From Candidatus Latescibacterota bacterium (GTDB lineage Bacteria > Latescibacterota > UBA2968 > GCA-2709665), in contig OZ250150.1 in NCBI GenBank assembly GCA_965237675.1, positions 4,800,001 to 4,864,000 of the forward strand: 64,000 nucleotides of DNA. The letters run 5' to 3'. A program made the position numbers and the translations under genes. The notes below the pieces were generated by a model. It was not told where the DNA came from. It was given only the letters and a program-made list of their open reading frames with translations, and ran no database searches. Shown one piece after another: positions 1 to 10,141 of this stretch. Position 1 is the first letter of the stretch; each line of letters starts with the position of its first letter.

Positions 1-980
1 AACTCCGTACCCCGACCGTATTCGATATGGGGCTTCAGATTCGCCCCCGCGGCCTGCACGTCGCCCATTGACATGGGCACCCCGTTTCTGACGAACAACG
101 CATCGGTGTTCGGATCCACGACCGCCCACGTGCCATACTCATCGAACCAGACCTCCGCCACAAAATGCCCGTTGAATCCGTTTACCGCATCGGTCAACAC
201 CGAGCAACGGGCAGGAATACCCGCCGCCTGAGCGCAACTCACGAAGGCCGCCGCGTAGTGAACGCACATCGCCACGGGCCGTTTTCCGTTGTGTCCAACC
301 TGTCCGGGCGCCCACGCAAGGAGCGTTTCCGCGTCCCACGGCGCATATTGCCCCGCTCTCAGGGAATTGGTATGCTCCCAACTGGACGCCAGCCATGCCG
401 ACAACGCGCGCACCCGTTTCATCAGCGGCCCCTGGTCTCTCGCCGCGGGTGGCAGCAATCGCCTCAATGATGCCAACCTCGGCGAATCCGCAACCTCCCA
501 CACCATGGCGGGAGGCGGGGGATCCTCCCCTTCGGCCAGGCGGACCCGAACAACGTATTCGCCCAGAACCGAATTGAGGTAACCCATCCGCTCGCTGCGC
601 CAGGTCCTTCCACCGTCGTCGGTTACGCCGCTGTCGGGTGCGGCATGCCCCGCCTCCAACGCGAGCGACCAGCCAGCCATCGCCGTCCCGTCCGTCCACA
701 GTTCAAAGGTGTTTTCTCCCTCTCTCAATTCCGCCACCGAAAATTCATACCAGGAATACGCTCCCGGGCGCGCGGGCTTCAGCGCGGCGATCTCAACGCC
801 GTTCAGGGCCACGCGCAGCGGCGCTTCGTTTTCGGGATAGGGCCGGGCCAGTACATAGGCCTGCCCGGGCCCGTCTGTCGCGGGCAACGTGAGTGTTTTG
901 CGCGCCCGCCTGAACGTCGTCAACTCCTCGCAAAGAGACGGCATGACCCGCCCCTCTTCGCTGTAGTACAATCGGCTCAT
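1..980 (-). CDS. Transglutaminase-like (Cys-His-Asp) domain protein, runs off left edge of window
   Basis: Hand-translated and absent from the ORF track. ATG at 980 with RBS AAGGAGAGG. Motifs AMCVHYAAAFVSCAQAAGIPAR, GHFVAEVW and WAVVDP. Confidence 0.8.
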   Translation of the reverse strand, partial: MSRLYYSEEGRVMPSLCEELTTFRRARKTLTLPATDGPGQAYVLARPYPENEAPLRVALNGVEIAALKPARPGAYSWYEFSVAELREGENTFELWTDGTAMAGWSLALEAGHAAPDSGVTDDGGRTWRSERMGYLNSVLGEYVVRVRLAEGEDPPPPAMVWEVADSPRLASLRRLLPPAARDQGPLMKRVRALSAWLASSWEHTNSLRAGQYAPWDAETLLAWAPGQVGHNGKRPVAMCVHYAAAFVSCAQAAGIPARCSVLTDAVNGFNGHFVAEVWFDEYGTWAVVDPNTDALFVRNGVPMSMGDVQAAGANLKPHIEYGRGTE

Positions 981-1093
981 CCAAACCTCTCCTTACTGAT
1001 CACACGCAATTCTCGACAGGAAATCCGTTATGACCCATCCCGCACCACCACGCTCCCGCAAGAACTGCGACATTCTCAAGAACGCCGCATCTT

Positions 1094-1993
1094 TTAGCCG
1101 ATACACTCCGGCAGGGCCTGTTTCCAGTTCTCGTAGATGATGTTGTGGATCATTTCGTCCGGCACCGTCGGGAAATTCGTCCCCTTGACCACGTCGTTTA
1201 CCTTCCACAGGCCGGCAATCACCTGCGCTGCCGTGGCCGATGGAAAATCGGACCCGAAAATCAGTTTGTGCTCCACGCCATATTCGATGGCGGACATGAA
1301 GGCCTGATAGTGCCGCCGCGGCCGATAATGGAGCGCGGACACGTTGGTGTAGAGGTTCGGGTGCTTGCGAATCAGCACGACGCATTCATCCTCCCACGGA
1401 TGCCCCATGTGAGAAATGACGATGCGCAGATCAGGACACGCGATTGCAATATCCTCGAGCTGTATGGGATTGGCGTATTTCAGCGGTCCGAACCGGACGA
1501 ACGACGTACCCTGATGAATATTCAACGGAATACCCAGCGACTCCGCCTTTTTGAAAAACGGAAGGTGTCGGGGATCCTGGGGGTCCCAGTTCTGATAGAT
1601 CGGCGCCACCTTCAACCCGCGAAGCCCCAGATCCTCTACACAATATTCCAGCTGTTCGATACAATCCGCATCGTTCGGATTGACCGAACCCCACCCGAAG
1701 AACCGGCCCGAGTTTTTGTTCACGAATTCGGCCACCAGTTCCTGTGGCACGTCGATACCCACTTGCGGCGCCCGCAGGCCGAACACAATGACCCTGTCAC
1801 AATCGTCAGTGGCCGCCAGCAGTTGCTCGGGTGTGGCGTCGAACGCGTTCCGCTCGTCCTGCGCGTCGTCCGCATAATACACGTCGGTCGACAATCGCAT
1901 CTTTGCCTTCTTGGCGGCAAGCGCGGACTCGACGAATTCATCCGACAGATGGTCGGGATACCAGAGCAGATTGGTATGCGTGTCGAAAAGCAT
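1094..1993 (-). CDS. Amidohydrolase_2 family metal-dependent hydrolase
   Basis: DTHT, GLRGLKVAPIYQ, IHQG, ISHMGHPW and FGSDFP motifs. Confidence 0.9.
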   Translation of the reverse strand: MLFDTHTNLLWYPDHLSDEFVESALAAKKAKMRLSTDVYYADDAQDERNAFDATPEQLLAATDDCDRVIVFGLRAPQVGIDVPQELVAEFVNKNSGRFFGWGSVNPNDADCIEQLEYCVEDLGLRGLKVAPIYQNWDPQDPRHLPFFKKAESLGIPLNIHQGTSFVRFGPLKYANPIQLEDIAIACPDLRIVISHMGHPWEDECVVLIRKHPNLYTNVSALHYRPRRHYQAFMSAIEYGVEHKLIFGSDFPSATAAQVIAGLWKVNDVVKGTNFPTVPDEMIHNIIYENWKQALPECIG

Positions 1994-2037
1994 GGGGCGC
2001 TCCTCCCTCGGAAAAGACCGGCGCCGGCGAAAAATCG

Positions 2038-3624
2038 TTACGCCAGGAAACGCCTCAACACATTGCCCGTGAGCCGGGATAGTTCGTCGCTCACCAACAG
2101 GGAACTGATATACGTGATCGACCCCGCCGAGAAGACGGCGCCACCCCCGTCGGGCTCGTGAATGACCATATGGGCGCCCCCGTCGTTATCGTTGATCCCA
2201 CGGGCAAGCAGCTTGACGTTCCGAGGAGAGAACCTGGATGAGATCTTATCCGTTTCGTGTCCGGACGCGCCCCCCGGAATTCGCATGTGCAGATACTCCT
2301 GACCGAAGATATCCCCGTCGCCGAGGCCCGTGCCCTCGAATGCCCAGTGGCGGGCTTCCGCGACCCGATAAGGAGCCGCCGTCATAATGCCGGCATCGGT
2401 AAAAACCACTCCCAGCAAATTTGCCTCCGACTCGTGGCGCATATGCATGCGGCTTTCAAACCCTTCGTCCCGCTGCTGTCGTCGGTTTCCGTTCCGGACG
2501 ATCATCGTCTCCTCGTCCACGAACTCCACCTCGCAGTTCAGGCCGTTACCGCCCAGATACATCAACCTGCCGCCGCGGTTGAAAACCCAATCCTTCACGT
2601 CGTAGTACATTTTGCTGGACCAGTATTCGGGATGGGGCCCCAGAATCAGGACGTCGTAATCGTCCAGGTTCATCGCGCCAAAATGCAACTGGGTTTCCGA
2701 ATATAAATCGTACTCGAACCCCTCCCGCTCCAGCCACCCCAGAAGCCGCCACTCCGCCGGCGCGACGTGATTGGGCGCACGACCCTCAATGGGATCGGTC
2801 ACCTGCTCATCCTCCGGCACGACGTTAATCGGCTCGGGACGTTCGAAAGAAAGCGGCAGATATTCCTCCGCATCGTAATTGATATGCTCAGGATCGGTGT
2901 ATCGCTTCAATTCGAGCCGCGCGTTGATGGTGGGTGTGGGGGGCATCTTGTCAGGGTGGATATAATTGCTGCGCCCACCGAAGTTGTTATAGCAGTTCCA
3001 GTTGATGTCGGACGCCAGAACGGCCACCTTTGCGCTCGGTTCGGCAGGCGCCACGACCCACGGAAACGAGAAGAACAGACCGGAGTCCGTCTTGGCATGA
3101 AAATAGTAAAGCCCGGACCGCTCAGGCGCCGCGATAAGCTGCTTGTGACCGGGGCTGGTATATCCAAACTTGTTCCACTGTGCGCCCACCTGCGTATAAT
3201 CGCCGTCGGGCGTCAGTTGGACGGTGGCCCGCGGACCGTGCTCGTCGTACCATCCGATTGGCCTGATGAGTTCCTTTTCCCAGCCGTAACGCCATAACTC
3301 CAGCTTATACTCTTCGTGGGAATGCACGCGAAATTCGGAGCGATCGCCCGCCTTCACGCACTTGGGCCACACATAGCCCATGAGACAGTCCTTCAACAGA
3401 CGAAACTGATGGGGTTCGTCCGGCTTCACCTCCATATTGACGATTTTCGATCCATATCCATTCCGCGCCAGAATCACCTGATACCGACCCGGCGTCACCT
3501 CCGCATATACCGCACCCGATGCGGATGAACGTGCGAGCACAGCATTTCCCGTCGCGTCTCTGAACTCCAGAGCCACATCGGATAACGCAATGTAGCGCTC
3601 ATCACTCACGTAACCCGCCAGCAT
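2038..3624 (-). CDS. N,N-dimethylformamidase beta-subunit family protein with N-terminal carboxypeptidase-regulatory-like domain
   Basis: APERSGLY, WNCYNNFGG, GPHPEYWS, LMYLGGN, GHETD and GGAVFSAGSI motifs. Confidence 0.85.
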   Translation of the reverse strand: MLAGYVSDERYIALSDVALEFRDATGNAVLARSSASGAVYAEVTPGRYQVILARNGYGSKIVNMEVKPDEPHQFRLLKDCLMGYVWPKCVKAGDRSEFRVHSHEEYKLELWRYGWEKELIRPIGWYDEHGPRATVQLTPDGDYTQVGAQWNKFGYTSPGHKQLIAAPERSGLYYFHAKTDSGLFFSFPWVVAPAEPSAKVAVLASDINWNCYNNFGGRSNYIHPDKMPPTPTINARLELKRYTDPEHINYDAEEYLPLSFERPEPINVVPEDEQVTDPIEGRAPNHVAPAEWRLLGWLEREGFEYDLYSETQLHFGAMNLDDYDVLILGPHPEYWSSKMYYDVKDWVFNRGGRLMYLGGNGLNCEVEFVDEETMIVRNGNRRQQRDEGFESRMHMRHESEANLLGVVFTDAGIMTAAPYRVAEARHWAFEGTGLGDGDIFGQEYLHMRIPGGASGHETDKISSRFSPRNVKLLARGINDNDGGAHMVIHEPDGGGAVFSAGSITYISSLLVSDELSRLTGNVLRRFLA

Positions 3625-3667
3625 ATCGCGCTCCCCTTTGTTGAACTTTGGCTTTGAGATCTGTTTG

Positions 3668-5101
3668 TCAATCGATGTGCCACCGACGCCCGCGAAGCCC
3701 TACTCCTGCGTACGCGGGCGGACGCGATGCGCGCCAATCCGTTGCCTGCTCGTATGCATAGGCCAGCCGCAGGATCGTCGCTTCGTCATACGGCTTGCCC
3801 GTCAGTTGCAACCCGACCGGAAGTCCTTGCGAAGTAAACCCGCACGGCACGGATACCGCGCACAGACCCAGCCAGTTTACAAGCCGGGTGAGCAAGCGTG
3901 TCGGTTCCCCGCGATCCAGATCACGCAGCCGCGGCGCGGGCTTCGACATCGTGGGACCCGCGACGGCCTCGACGTCGGACAACCTGACCGCCGTCGTCCG
4001 CATCATCTCGGCTCGTTTGCGCTGAATTTCAGCAAGATCGACGGCCAGCAATCCCGGCTCGACCTCCAGACGCGCTCGGACGATGGGTCCGAATGAATCC
4101 GGCGCATCTGTCAGCGCCTCGCGGTGGACAACAACCGCCTCAGTCCGCAGCAGCCTCAGGTTGTCTTCCTCTTTTTCGGCCTGCACCGCCTCCGGAAACG
4201 CCATCTCCCGCACGTCAAGGCCCAGTCCGGCCAGGACCTCGATCGCGTCCTCCACCAGCGAGACCACCTCGGAATCCGCCCCACTGAAGAACGGCTCACG
4301 GACCACCGCAAGCCGCAGGCCCCTGACATCCTTCTTCAAGAGGCTCATAACGTCGCCGACCGGCAAATCGAGGGCCGTGGAATCTTCGACGTCCGCACCG
4401 GCGATTGCCGCATACATCAGCGCGGCGTCCTCAACGCATCTGGCCATGGGCCCTATCGTGTCCAGTGTCCACGAAAGCGGCATCACACCCGCCGTACCGA
4501 TGCGACCGGTTGTGGGTTTAAGGCCGACGACGCCGCAGAATGCCGCGGGAATTCGTACCGACCCGCCTGTGTCCGTTCCGATCGCCGCTACAGCCAGGCC
4601 GGCCGCGACGGCCAGGCCGGATCCGCTGCTGGACCCGCCTGGAACCCGATCCGGATCCCACGGATTCGGAGGGGTTCCGAAATGAGGGTTGATTCCGAAC
4701 GGACCGAATGCGTATTCCACCAGATTCGTCTTGCCCAACAACACCGTGCCGGCGCGCGCCAGCCGCTTCGCCACCGTTGAGGAACGCGTTGGCACATAGT
4801 CCTTCCGCACCCCGGATCCCGACGTCGTTCGAATGCCCGCCGTATCGCACAGGTCCTTCAATGCTATCGGCACACCGTGCAGCGGCCCGAAGTCGTTTCC
4901 CGATCGGAACGCCAATTCCGCCGCCTGCGCGTCTGCCCGCGCGCGATCCGCCGTTACCGTAATGAAAGCATTCGTCTCGGGTTGATAATGATGGATTCGC
5001 TCCAGATACGCTTCCGTTACCGCCACGGGCGAAACCTGCCCGCTGCGGTAGAGCGCGGCGAGTTCCGTGGCCGATAAGAAATGAAACGCCTGATCCGTCA
5101 T
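3668..5101 (-). CDS. Amidase signature family enzyme
   Basis: GPLHGVPIALKD, PGGSSSGS and GTDTGGSVRIPA (Ser-cisSer-Lys triad). Confidence 0.92.
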   Translation of the reverse strand: MTDQAFHFLSATELAALYRSGQVSPVAVTEAYLERIHHYQPETNAFITVTADRARADAQAAELAFRSGNDFGPLHGVPIALKDLCDTAGIRTTSGSGVRKDYVPTRSSTVAKRLARAGTVLLGKTNLVEYAFGPFGINPHFGTPPNPWDPDRVPGGSSSGSGLAVAAGLAVAAIGTDTGGSVRIPAAFCGVVGLKPTTGRIGTAGVMPLSWTLDTIGPMARCVEDAALMYAAIAGADVEDSTALDLPVGDVMSLLKKDVRGLRLAVVREPFFSGADSEVVSLVEDAIEVLAGLGLDVREMAFPEAVQAEKEEDNLRLLRTEAVVVHREALTDAPDSFGPIVRARLEVEPGLLAVDLAEIQRKRAEMMRTTAVRLSDVEAVAGPTMSKPAPRLRDLDRGEPTRLLTRLVNWLGLCAVSVPCGFTSQGLPVGLQLTGKPYDEATILRLAYAYEQATDWRASRPPAYAGVGLRGRRWHID

Positions 5102-5166
5102 CGCCGGGTACTCATTGAATGGGCAGATTGCTGCGGTCGTTTCCACTCGTGAAGATCATCGCATAT

Positions 5167-5508
5167 CTATCCACAGCCCGGCCCCTTAACTTCCTGCCTC
5201 GCAAATTGCTCCGGCAGCAGGCCGTTTGCAAACCCGCCGGGATCTGCCCGATGTCCGTCGACGAGTTTCCCGATCTCTTCCAACACCCGCTCCCGGTCGT
5301 AGAGTCCGTACCGGTAGATGTCGATGGGTCCAATCAACCGCAGATAGAAATGGTTGTCCGCGTCGTGTTCCACCGCGCAGGCGCTGGGCTTCCGCGCAAT
5401 TTCCAGTTGATCTTCAAACGCGACCGCGAACGCCGCAAGCAGCGGCTCACCGTGCAGTTCGGCCGGGATCTCCGGGAACCGGCTCACCAGTTCCTGAACC
5501 GTCATCAT
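5167..5508 (-). CDS. Small hypothetical protein ending in GPGCG
   Basis: Strong RBS GAGGAGGA, protein-like composition, sits within the operon. Confidence 0.7.
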   Translation of the reverse strand: MMTVQELVSRFPEIPAELHGEPLLAAFAVAFEDQLEIARKPSACAVEHDADNHFYLRLIGPIDIYRYGLYDRERVLEEIGKLVDGHRADPGGFANGLLPEQFARQEVKGPGCG

Positions 5509-5518
5509 TTTCCTCCTC

Positions 5519-5914
5519 TCACTGATCCGTCGCTTGTTCCCGTAACAATTCGTCGGGAATCCGTTTGCGCCCCTGATAGCCTTCCGTGGGACTGTGGTAA
5601 TACGTGACCCGGGGCTCATCGCTCCGCCAGCACAGAAGTACCTCCTCGCCGTTGATTACGCCGGGAAAATCCACCAGGCCGAGGGTGAAGTTCGGATCTT
5701 TGTACGAACACCCGATTCCCTCCAATTCCTCGAAGAATTCATTCAACGACGCAATCAGCTTCTTTATCTCGGCATCATCGGCCGCGGCCGGCCCCAGTTC
5801 CCCGGCAAGTTGACGCAACCGACGACCGGAAGCCTGGATGTCGGCAACAATTCGCTTCACCAGCGGCAATGTCTGGTTGGCCTCCAAGGGCGTAAAATAC
5901 CTGATTTCGTTCAT
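5519..5914 (-). CDS. DUF2203 domain protein
   Basis: FTPLEANQTLP...GLVDFP...LCW...E...YYH...GYQGRK pattern. Confidence 0.85.
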   Translation of the reverse strand: MNEIRYFTPLEANQTLPLVKRIVADIQASGRRLRQLAGELGPAAADDAEIKKLIASLNEFFEELEGIGCSYKDPNFTLGLVDFPGVINGEEVLLCWRSDEPRVTYYHSPTEGYQGRKRIPDELLREQATDQ

Positions 5915-5930
5915 TGGCGCCATCCCCGTG

Positions 5931-6998
5931 TCAAGAAGTTTCACGCTTCACGCCGGTATTCACCGGGCTACGATCCGGGTTCCCAACAGCCCCGGACACG
6001 AAATCGTCCAGCCGTATCGGTGCGCCTCCTTCGGCGGCAGACGCATTGGCGCCCAACACCGCGGCCAGACTATTCAGCGCCTGGGTGTACCCGTTTCGGA
6101 GCCCGGAAGCGTCGCCTGAACGGATTGCATCCACAAATGCCCGCGCCTGATTGGCAAACGCATTGTCCCGGGCAGGCGCCTTGAAAACCGTTTCACCGTT
6201 TTCCACGACCCTTTCCGCCGACCACTCCAGAAGGGAATCGTCACAGACCACCAGCACCTCTCGTTTGGACGCATTCACATTTGTCAGCACGCGCGAGGTT
6301 GTGACACTGGCCACGCCGCCGCCGTCAAAACGATAGTTCACATCGTACACGTGAGGAAGATTGATGGGTTCGGGGCCCTCACCGGGCTCGCGATAAAAAT
6401 AAAACGCGGACACCGCAGCGATGTCCCCCAGGAAAAACCTGAGGAGATCCACCATATGAATCGTATTCTCGACAAACGACCCGCCGCACAGCTCGAACCG
6501 GCTCGTCCAGTAGCGAATGTGCCTGCCGCTGTAGAGCAGTTGTACAAGTGCGTGCCTCGCCCTCCGTTCCGCAATCTTATCCCGAAGGAACTCCGCCGTC
6601 GCGTAATAACGGCTCATAAAACCGACCTGAGACGGGACGCCCGACTTCCGGATCGCCTCGCTGAACCGAACGGCCTGGGCGATATCCAGAGTCTGGGGTT
6701 TCTCCACCAGAACCGCAATCCCTTTCTCCGCGGCGATCAACTCGGCATCCGTATGCAACGTGGGTGGAATGCATATGTAAACGCCGTCCAACGCCTCTTT
6801 CTCGAACATCTCGTGATGATCCGTATATACGGCATTTGCTCCGAACGCCCGTGCCTGCCGCGCGGCTGTTTCCTCGTCCATGTCGCAGAACGCCTGAAAC
6901 ACCACCAGACCCCTCTCCACGAGTTCGGCCAGCGGCGGAAGATGGGCATTTACGGTAATATGCCCCAGACCGATAAAACCCAGTCGCGCGGCGTTCAT
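5931..6998 (-). CDS. Gfo/Idh/MocA family oxidoreductase
   Basis: GFIGLG, VEKP and ENTIHMVD motifs. Confidence 0.9.
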   Translation of the reverse strand: MNAARLGFIGLGHITVNAHLPPLAELVERGLVVFQAFCDMDEETAARQARAFGANAVYTDHHEMFEKEALDGVYICIPPTLHTDAELIAAEKGIAVLVEKPQTLDIAQAVRFSEAIRKSGVPSQVGFMSRYYATAEFLRDKIAERRARHALVQLLYSGRHIRYWTSRFELCGGSFVENTIHMVDLLRFFLGDIAAVSAFYFYREPGEGPEPINLPHVYDVNYRFDGGGVASVTTSRVLTNVNASKREVLVVCDDSLLEWSAERVVENGETVFKAPARDNAFANQARAFVDAIRSGDASGLRNGYTQALNSLAAVLGANASAAEGGAPIRLDDFVSGAVGNPDRSPVNTGVKRETS

Positions 6999-6999
6999 T

Positions 7000-7896
7000 C
7001 TAAGCCTCCTCGATCTGCCGGACCCGGTCCGGTGAGAGGTACTCGCCGTCCGAAACCGATACACACGTTTCCAGTTCATCCGCGTCGGATGCCCCGCAAA
7101 GCAGCATCGTCACCCGCTGGTCCGAAAGCAGGTACCGAAGCGCCACTCTCACCAGACCCTGCGGTTCGTCCGTCAATAGCGCCTCCACACCGCGCAGCTT
7201 GGCGTGCAACTCGGGGAATCGTCCGTCCACGATAAACCGGTCGCGTTTGGACCCCAGCAGACCTCCGTGGAGGGGGGACGCGGCGATGACCGCCACATTC
7301 TCCTCTGCCGCTACGGGCACCAGCGCTTCCTTGGCTTCCTGCGTGAGCAGGTCGTACTTGCAGAACGTGATCACGGAAACAAACTCATCGGTCTCTTTCA
7401 GGATTTCGCCCATCAATGACAGATCCGACCCGGTCAATCCGATATGTTGCGCAAGCCCCTGTTCACGAATATCCACCAGCGTCTCCAGAGTGCGTTCCTT
7501 TCCGAAAATACCGTCCCATCCGGCCTGCTCCGATTCATGCACCTGAAGCAGATCCACCCGATCCCGCCGCAGTCGCTTCAAACTGGCCTCGAATCCACGC
7601 CAGATCGCGTCCCGTGTATAGTCGAACGGTTCCGGATAATAACCGACCTTGGTTGCCAGATAGTACGGTTCGGTTACGCCCTCCAGGGCAAGCCCCAACA
7701 CTTCTTCGCTTCGGCCCTTTCCGTAAAGAGGGGCCGTGTCGAAATAGTTAATGCCCAACTCGAGCGCCCGCTCAGCCATCTTCACTCCGTGGGCGTCGGG
7801 CAGCATACCCTCCTCCGGACGGCCGTAAAACCACGCACCGCCCATCCCCACCTCGCTGACCAGCCAGTCCGTCTTGCCGAAACGCCGGTATTGCAT
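7000..7896 (-). CDS. Aldo/keto reductase
   Basis: YRRFGKT, NYFDTAPLYG, ATKVG and SLKRLRRDRVDLLQVH motifs. Confidence 0.92.
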   Translation of the reverse strand: MQYRRFGKTDWLVSEVGMGGAWFYGRPEEGMLPDAHGVKMAERALELGINYFDTAPLYGKGRSEEVLGLALEGVTEPYYLATKVGYYPEPFDYTRDAIWRGFEASLKRLRRDRVDLLQVHESEQAGWDGIFGKERTLETLVDIREQGLAQHIGLTGSDLSLMGEILKETDEFVSVITFCKYDLLTQEAKEALVPVAAEENVAVIAASPLHGGLLGSKRDRFIVDGRFPELHAKLRGVEALLTDEPQGLVRVALRYLLSDQRVTMLLCGASDADELETCVSVSDGEYLSPDRVRQIEEA

Positions 7897-8093
7897 CCAG
7901 GTCCCGTCCTATTCGGATTCAACCTAACCAGGCCAAATTGCGATGGTATAATCGGACTCACCCGCCATTTTCTTTGCCGGCATCTTCGAATCACCCCGAT
8001 GAACCGTGTCGCCGAACCTATCCGGCATTCCGCGGCCGGAAGACCCGTTGCCGAAAACCGGAATCCATTAGGAGAATCCATCACGCGGCGCTC

Positions 8094-8783
8094 TCATCGA
8101 ACGTCGCGATAAAGGCGACTCAATCGTTTGTCCGAAACCGAGCAAAGGTGCAGGATACGTATCATCCACATCCAGACGACGGCCGGAACGATACCCCATC
8201 GCCGCCACCGGCGCGTGGAACTGCAGACCCTGCCTTGCAACAGTACGAAACGCCCCAGCTTCCGTACTGCTGCACAGAATTCCGAATCTTCGAAAAGCTC
8301 CAGTTCCGGAAACCCGGCCACCCGTTCAAAAGCGGATCGTCGGACGTATATCGCCTGATCTCCGTACGTGGTTCCAAGGTACCTGGATCGCATCGTGCTG
8401 AATGCGGCAATCGCCCGGAACATCCACGTATCTTCGGAAAGCCCCAGCCGGAATCTTCCACCAACCACACCCGAATCCTCGAGCGAGTCCAGAATCATCT
8501 CGATGCCGCCGTCAGGCAGAAACGTATCGGCATGCAGGAACAGCAACACCTCCCCTGAGGCCGACCTCGCCCCGCGATTCATCTGTACGGAACGGGCGGA
8601 TCTCGGCGACATCACCAGCCGTGCCATTCCGGTTGCCCTTATTCGCTCCTGCGTACCGTCGCGACTGCCGCCATCAACCACAATCACTTCAATATCCCGT
8701 TGTCCGCGGAACTGCTCGAGGCAACCGTCGATGGCTTCCGCTTCATTGACAACAGGAATAATCACACTGACTTGCAACGTCAT
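8094..8783 (-). CDS. GT2 glycosyltransferase, TIGR04283-like
   Basis: VVDGGSRD, QMNRGA, LFLHADT, YGDQA, FED and SSTRRW motifs. Confidence 0.85.
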   Translation of the reverse strand: MTLQVSVIIPVVNEAEAIDGCLEQFRGQRDIEVIVVDGGSRDGTQERIRATGMARLVMSPRSARSVQMNRGARSASGEVLLFLHADTFLPDGGIEMILDSLEDSGVVGGRFRLGLSEDTWMFRAIAAFSTMRSRYLGTTYGDQAIYVRRSAFERVAGFPELELFEDSEFCAAVRKLGRFVLLQGRVCSSTRRWRRWGIVPAVVWMWMIRILHLCSVSDKRLSRLYRDVR

Positions 8784-8810
8784 CTCGTGGAAAGAAGAAT
8801 GCCTGCCGCG

Positions 8811-9359
8811 CTACGCGTTTTGCCTTAGAAATCTGAGCGCGTAACTTACCGACGAAACCACCAGGAGCACGGCCGAAAGGTACAGAAAAGGAACCTTCAG
8901 CGGCTGCGTATCCATCGCATAGGCAATCAGCAAGACACTCATCGCGCAGGTGGTCAGCTTGCCCCACATATTGGAAGAGTGCACGATACGGACCCGCGCC
9001 ACCAGGAAGACACCGGCCAGCACAATCGAAATATCCCGCCCCACAACCACCGCGACCACCCACCACGGCAACCCCTTTACAAGCGCCAGCATGATCGCTA
9101 TGGAAACGATCGCCACCTTGTCCGCAAGCGGGTCCAGTATCTTTCCCCAGCGGGTAACCGCCGCCCAGCGCCTCGCGAAGTATCCATCCAGAATATCGGT
9201 GATAATCATCACAATGACAACCGTGAACAAGTACCACCTGTATTCAGGCCCCAATCGGATCAACCAAAGTACTGGAACGGACAACGCGGCCCGGAGCAGA
9301 CTGAGGCCATTTGCAACCGTCCAGAATGGATCCTCCGAGTGATTTTCCGATGGCGTCAC
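8811..9359 (-). CDS. CDP-alcohol phosphatidyltransferase (PgsA-like)
   Basis: TDILDGYFARR...GKILDPLADK signature. Confidence 0.9.
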   Translation of the reverse strand: MTPSENHSEDPFWTVANGLSLLRAALSVPVLWLIRLGPEYRWYLFTVVIVMIITDILDGYFARRWAAVTRWGKILDPLADKVAIVSIAIMLALVKGLPWWVVAVVVGRDISIVLAGVFLVARVRIVHSSNMWGKLTTCAMSVLLIAYAMDTQPLKVPFLYLSAVLLVVSSVSYALRFLRQNA

Positions 9360-9382
9360 AGGACGTCACCCCTCGTACGTGG

Positions 9383-10036
9383 TCATTCGTATTCGCCGGG
9401 CGCGAGAACCACGCAGCCCATATGCACGACCTCGCAAAACGCGTTGCGGGCCGGACCCCACGTGGTGAAATGATAACTCCCGTCCGGCAACTTCTGACTG
9501 CGGGTAAAATTCACGAACACGCAGGATCTTCCTTCGTGTTGCGCCCGGCTGGCGTCCGGTACGCCGGCCCATGGAATGGCCAACTGCGCACACCAGCGCC
9601 CGCTTGCGTTCACCTCCGCGGCCGACCACACCAGTCCCGGCACGTCGTATTTCGCCATCGCCCGCCAGTCTGTCTCACTCTCATCCGGAAAATACAGATC
9701 CAGTACCGCACCACGGGGGTTCACCTCGATCTCGTAGTATCCGCTGCCTGCTCGAAGGAAGACCTCCACCGCACATTCGTTAAAAAGATCCTGATCCCGC
9801 TCCCGCAGTGTCACGGGAACCGGCGACGGGTCGGACACAAGACACACGTACAGTGCCTCCTCGTCCCACAGCGCCGCCGCTTCCAGAAAATATCCCGGCG
9901 GATCGGCATCCGTACCGAGCAAATGGAACGCCCGGTTGATTTTGTCGACGGACTCCCAAACCGTCCCGGAAATCTTTCCATCCAGCGGCGGTGGGGTGGA
10001 GACATATTTGCAGCAGTAAACAGGTCGCTCTCTCAT
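9383..10036 (-). CDS. Carbohydrate-binding family 9-like (DOMON) protein
   Basis: PPLDG, LWDEEALYV, VEVFL, YYEIEVNPRG and WCAQLAIPW motifs. Confidence 0.8.
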   Translation of the reverse strand: MRERPVYCCKYVSTPPPLDGKISGTVWESVDKINRAFHLLGTDADPPGYFLEAAALWDEEALYVCLVSDPSPVPVTLRERDQDLFNECAVEVFLRAGSGYYEIEVNPRGAVLDLYFPDESETDWRAMAKYDVPGLVWSAAEVNASGRWCAQLAIPWAGVPDASRAQHEGRSCVFVNFTRSQKLPDGSYHFTTWGPARNAFCEVVHMGCVVLAPGEYE

Positions 10037-10141
10037 CGACAATCCCTTCCTGGAGGCAGACTCCCGAACCATGACTCGTATGGACCGTTGTAACTTTCGA
10101 TCACCCCTACACGGACACGGGAGATCGCCGCTGCGTATTCG

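Noticed and set aside
8094-8783. Arsenosugar or selenoneine-type pathway suggested by the TIGR04283-like glycosyltransferase
   Set aside because: The usual partner glycosyltransferase and radical SAM/methyltransferase genes are not in the window.
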